This document shows, one piece after another, positions 60,181 to 64,000 of a stretch of 64,000 bases of DNA. How positions within the stretch are numbered: the first letter of the stretch is position 1; each line of letters begins with the position of its first letter. Position numbers and translations under genes: made by a program. This DNA is from an uncultured delta proteobacterium (GTDB lineage: Bacteria; Desulfobacterota; Desulfobacteria; Desulfobacterales; JAFDCJ01), in contig CAVYNY010000009.1 of NCBI GenBank assembly GCA_963769935.1, positions 192,001 through 256,000 of the forward strand, written 5' to 3'. Below the pieces are notes generated by a model. That model made no database searches. It saw only the letters and a list, made by a program, of their open reading frames with translations, and had not been told where the DNA came from.

Positions 60181-60202
60181 GAAATAAAGGAGAAAACACG
60201 GC

Positions 60203-61165
60203 TTGCAACCGCTGCTGACAGTCACCGACTTGAAAGTGCATTTCCCGATCACAAAGGGAATCTTGTCAAAAACGGCCGGATATGTATATGCCGTCGACGG
60301 CGTCTCGTTTGAATTAAACGCCGGGGAAACCCTCGGTATCGTTGGTGAGAGCGGCTGCGGCAAAACCACCACCGGCCTGGCGATCCTGAGCTTGATCGAA
60401 CCGACGGACGGACGCGTAATTTTTCAGGGCAAAGACATTTCACAGATGACCAAGCATGAAAGAAAGACCCTGTGCCGCGAGATGCAAATCATCTTCCAGG
60501 ATCCCTACTCATCCCTGAATCCCCGCATGACATTAAACCGCACCCTCTCGGATCCGATGAAGATTCATGGGCTTTGCCATGGTTCCGAACGGCAGGATCG
60601 GGTGGCATACCTGCTGGAAAAAGTAGGCCTGACGCCCGAGCAGGGTCGGCGTTATCCCCACGAATTCAGCGGCGGTCAGCGGCAGCGAATCGGCATTGCC
60701 CGGGCCCTGGCCCTCAACCCGCAGCTCGTGATCGGTGACGAACCCGTCTCCGCCCTGGATGTATCCATCCAGGCTCAGATTATCAATCTTTTGATCGACC
60801 TGCAGGATGAATTCAAGCTTTCCTATATCATCATCTCCCATGATCTGGCAGTGGTGGAGTACATCTGTGATCGAATCGTCGTGATGTACCTGGGGAAAGT
60901 TGCTGAAATGGCCGTCTACCGGGAGATATATACCGACCCCAAACACCCCTACACCCAGTCTTTGCTGTCCGCCGTCCCGGTTCCCGATTTAAATGCCAAA
61001 TCCGAGAGAATCATCCTGGGAGGGGACGTGCCCAGCCCCATCAACCCGCCGTCAGGCTGCCGCTTCCACCCGCGCTGTCCCTTCAGGATGGATATCTGTC
61101 CGCAGGAAGAGCCGCAGCTCAAAGATCTCGCAGATGGCCATTGGGTGGCGTGTCATTTGTATTGA
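60203..61165 (+). CDS. Peptide ABC ATPase (DppF-like)
   Basis: [36 protein letters not shown]. Confidence 0.93.
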   Translation: MQPLLTVTDLKVHFPITKGILSKTAGYVYAVDGVSFELNAGETLGIVGESGCGKTTTGLAILSLIEPTDGRVIFQGKDISQMTKHERKTLCREMQIIFQDPYSSLNPRMTLNRTLSDPMKIHGLCHGSERQDRVAYLLEKVGLTPEQGRRYPHEFSGGQRQRIGIARALALNPQLVIGDEPVSALDVSIQAQIINLLIDLQDEFKLSYIIISHDLAVVEYICDRIVVMYLGKVAEMAVYREIYTDPKHPYTQSLLSAVPVPDLNAKSERIILGGDVPSPINPPSGCRFHPRCPFRMDICPQEEPQLKDLADGHWVACHLY

Positions 61166-61239
61166 TACTTTCATCGAAAAGAGCGTTCGCTGAAATTTCA
61201 TGAAATCCAAGGTCATTATTAGGCTGAAGTCAATGGCTG

Positions 61240-61264
61240 GTGGGAGTGGTTTTTAACCACGATT
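61240..61264 (+). repeat. REP-like palindrome (GTGGGAG type)
   Basis: GTGGGAGTGGTTTTTAACCACGATT, related to 13248-13272. Confidence 0.6.
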
Positions 61265-61298
61265 ACAGATGTTGATCTGATAATGTGACTAAGCGGAA

Positions 61299-62948
61299 CT
61301 AATCTGTCTTCAGCAAAAAATCAACCGCACATTCCAGCAGCGCCGGTGTTCTCTCGTACAAGTCTGGTTCATAAACCCTTTCGGTAAACTTGTGATGATC
61401 TTTGCCCCAAGGCCCGATGCTGATCACGGGAATCGACAGGGCCTGCATCTCGGAAAACGGGATATCGTAATTTTTTCCCCACAACGGCATGTTGGGTCCG
61501 ATGAAGGGTACGATATTTTCCCCGTTTTGCAGGGCGGCATAACTCAAATCGGTAATCCCCATCATATAATTTGTTATCTTATAGACTTCCTGCCAGCGGT
61601 CGGCGGCAAACCGGATCAAATGTTCCGTCAGGCCCTGAACAGATGCGGGCAGCCCGTTGAAATCATCGTTATGGATCGGCGGGTAATACGGCGGACAAAG
61701 CGCAATGACCACCATGGGCGATAAATCCCTGACATGGCCCAGGGTCATCTCGATGATTTGAAAGGTGGCCTCCGGCATGGTCAGACGCTGCTGCCCGATG
61801 TCGGATACAATTGACGGCAGGAAGGCATCGTAGGCCTCCTGGAAAGTGCGGCCGGCATCATTCAAGGCCTGCTGATACAGTTCGGTAAAAGTCCTGACGT
61901 TCACCGTATAGGAAGGTGCCGGCTCATACTCATCTTTTTTGCGGCTGTAGGCGGCATGGCTTTGCCGAATTCTTTCGATTGCGCGGTCAAATGCCGTTTC
62001 ACATGATGTTTTCAGCTTTTGGATCAGCTCGACCGGCGTGCTTTTCAGATGAATCAGGCTTAAATATGCGCCGGCCGAAGAAGGGATGGAGGCATCATAG
62101 ACTTCTTTGCGATCCCGCAGGTAGGCCCAGGACGGCGGCGGTGCGACCTCCCCCCGCGCCAGGTCGGCAAAGTCGGTGTTCAGCTCGGTTTGCAGAACGA
62201 TCTCGGACAACAGCAGGACCGGATTAAAGCCCTGGTAGATATGGCCGATATGGGTTTTCTTGCCCCGGACATAGACGACGTTAAGAATTTTACCGGCCGA
62301 ACCGACATAGAAGACACCGTGCCTGTCCTGCTCCTGGCCATGGGGTTCGGAATTGATCAGCATCCGGTAGTTCAGCTTGAATCGGGCTTTAAGATCGATC
62401 AACAGCTGCAGGCTGCCGCGCATTCCCTCCGACAAAGATTCTTCATCGGGCACCGAGAGCAGCAAAATGTTGCCTTTGAAATCCGGCCGGGCGGTAAACT
62501 CTTCCAGCAGGACAAGCTGAATGGCAGCTCCGCCTTTCATATCCCCGGCGCCCCGGCCGAAAAGCCACTGCCCGCTTTCCAGGTCCTGCCGCACCTCCTC
62601 GGACAGCGCCATTTCCTGCAGTCTGCTTTGCAGCGCCGGCGGATCGTAGGCCTGCTTCGCAAGACTGCCGTAATCAAAGGCATCCACCACATCGTGATGA
62701 TGCAGCAATATCACGGTCTGATCGCCCTGCCCTTTCACCAGGCCCCAGACAACGCTGCGTTTCAGGGGATCCCGCGCCAATGGATGCCGGCCGAAATAAT
62801 CCGGATGACTTTTAAAATAAGCGAGTTCACCCATCCAGGCCTGCAGGAAATTTTCAACTTCTATTTCCAGGCGGGTGCCGGTATCGCTTTGAATCCGCAC
62901 CAAATCCAATGTCAGCTGTCTTATCCGCTCTTTTCTCATATTTTCCAT
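61299..62948 (-). CDS. M20-family metallopeptidase (RocB-like)
   Basis: HHHDVV, GRGAGDMKGG, VPDEE, NSEP, GPWGKDHHKFTER. Start 62948 or 62939. Confidence 0.85.
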   Translation of the reverse strand: MENMRKERIRQLTLDLVRIQSDTGTRLEIEVENFLQAWMGELAYFKSHPDYFGRHPLARDPLKRSVVWGLVKGQGDQTVILLHHHDVVDAFDYGSLAKQAYDPPALQSRLQEMALSEEVRQDLESGQWLFGRGAGDMKGGAAIQLVLLEEFTARPDFKGNILLLSVPDEESLSEGMRGSLQLLIDLKARFKLNYRMLINSEPHGQEQDRHGVFYVGSAGKILNVVYVRGKKTHIGHIYQGFNPVLLLSEIVLQTELNTDFADLARGEVAPPPSWAYLRDRKEVYDASIPSSAGAYLSLIHLKSTPVELIQKLKTSCETAFDRAIERIRQSHAAYSRKKDEYEPAPSYTVNVRTFTELYQQALNDAGRTFQEAYDAFLPSIVSDIGQQRLTMPEATFQIIEMTLGHVRDLSPMVVIALCPPYYPPIHNDDFNGLPASVQGLTEHLIRFAADRWQEVYKITNYMMGITDLSYAALQNGENIVPFIGPNMPLWGKNYDIPFSEMQALSIPVISIGPWGKDHHKFTERVYEPDLYERTPALLECAVDFLLKTD

Positions 62949-62949
62949 T

Positions 62950-64000
62950 TTAAAACCGGTAAGAAATTCCTGTAACCACCTGCTCACGGCCACCTGCCCC
63001 GCCCTCGGCCATGATCTGCAGGCGTTTGGTTATTTCCCACTGCCCGCCGAAGAGGAAGTTCCAGGGGGAATCATTTTCGATGTCCAACTTAAAAGCCAGT
63101 TCCACCGGGGGCAGCCGGGGGTCGAGCTCCTGCAGACTGATATTATCGGCAACGGTTTGTTTATAATGCATGTACATGGCGCCGATCCAGAAGGCCAACG
63201 AACCTTGGATTCCGGGAGGGTCCACCAACAGGCCCAGACGCGGCGCCACTGTCACGGTATCGATCCGGCTGTCCACAACATTGACTGTTGAGTAAGTGTA
63301 ATTGGTATCCAGAGTGGCGAAAATGTTTTCATAGCCGCCCGCCAGGGTAATCCCTCCGCCAAAGGTGAACCCATTGTAATCGATATTCAAATTGATGGTT
63401 TTATTGGGCTCGAATATCGGAGGAAGCCCCGGCAAACCACCCATGATTTGGTTGACGTCGAGATCGAATTCCGCCTGGCCGGTAAGCGATCCGAAGAGCC
63501 CGTAAAGATTGACAAAGGGCAGCAGCCACATGTCCAGCCGGGCCGTGACGGCCGAATCATGCGAGCGGGCGTCATTAAAGTCAAGGCCCTCCACTTCGAT
63601 ATCCGGGTTTCCGACGCCGACTTTGAGATTTCTGATTCTAATCCCCTGATCCATGTAAGTATAATTGAACCCCATCCCGAAAGGCAGCGGCAGCTCAAAG
63701 CCTCTTTGACGGGCTTGTTCTCCCCAGAGAGGCAGTCTGCGGGTGACCGGTTCAATTGTTTCCGTCCTTATCTTCCGGCTTTCGATCAGCCTCATCCAAA
63801 ACAGGAAACTCGGCCATAGCCAGCAGTGTGCCCGCGGCAGAACGCGTCGAGACCGGAATGGATTTGGTTTCAACGTCAGCGGATTGCGGTTGCGGTTTAT
63901 AAAAAACCTGTTGTTCACCTTTTACGGTACCGGGATCCGCCCAGCCCGGTACTGTCGCCAAACCGATCAGGGCCAGAATATGAAGATAAAAAGCAAAATA
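62950..64000 (-). CDS. Probable outer-membrane beta-barrel protein; start beyond the right edge; apparent +1 frameshift near 63765
   Basis: LPLPFG, RLDMWLLPFVNLYG, C-terminal SYRF. A signal-peptide frame (ILALIGLATVPGWA-D) is open from the edge and stops at 63752. Confidence 0.7.

Overview
A 64 kb window of ordinary chromosomal genes, most likely from an anaerobic Desulfobacterota (deltaproteobacterial) genome. That taxonomy is inferred from gene content. It encodes an alpha-2-macroglobulin (running off the left edge), a GT-C/TPR protein, a hybrid sensor kinase, a PA2778/PA2779 pair, an AttEFGH-like ABC locus, two octaheme cytochromes, acyl-CoA metabolism (TetR/FadR-like regulator, acyl-CoA dehydrogenase, membrane FeS oxidoreductase, EtfBA), an RND pump, a Rieske/cytochrome b complex, birA with a collapsed bioY/bioN remnant, and a peptide-type ABC system with amidohydrolases. 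No rRNA, tRNA, CRISPR array, transposase, integrase or reverse transcriptase was seen. The most interesting signal is mostly non-coding. A four-helix-bundle (23S rRNA intervening-sequence/Avd-like) gene sits inside the Rieske/cyt b operon, bracketed by 30-bp inverted arms built from an 8-nt tandem unit. Many other intergenic regions carry 7/8/9-nt tandem tracts with a consistent polarity: the G-rich form just after stop codons, the C-rich complement before the next start. Nested MITE/REP-like elements, several gene remnants, three clustered +1 frameshifts, an atypical kinase-like membrane protein and a possible ATC start codon are also reported. All product calls come from motif recognition, not database searches.
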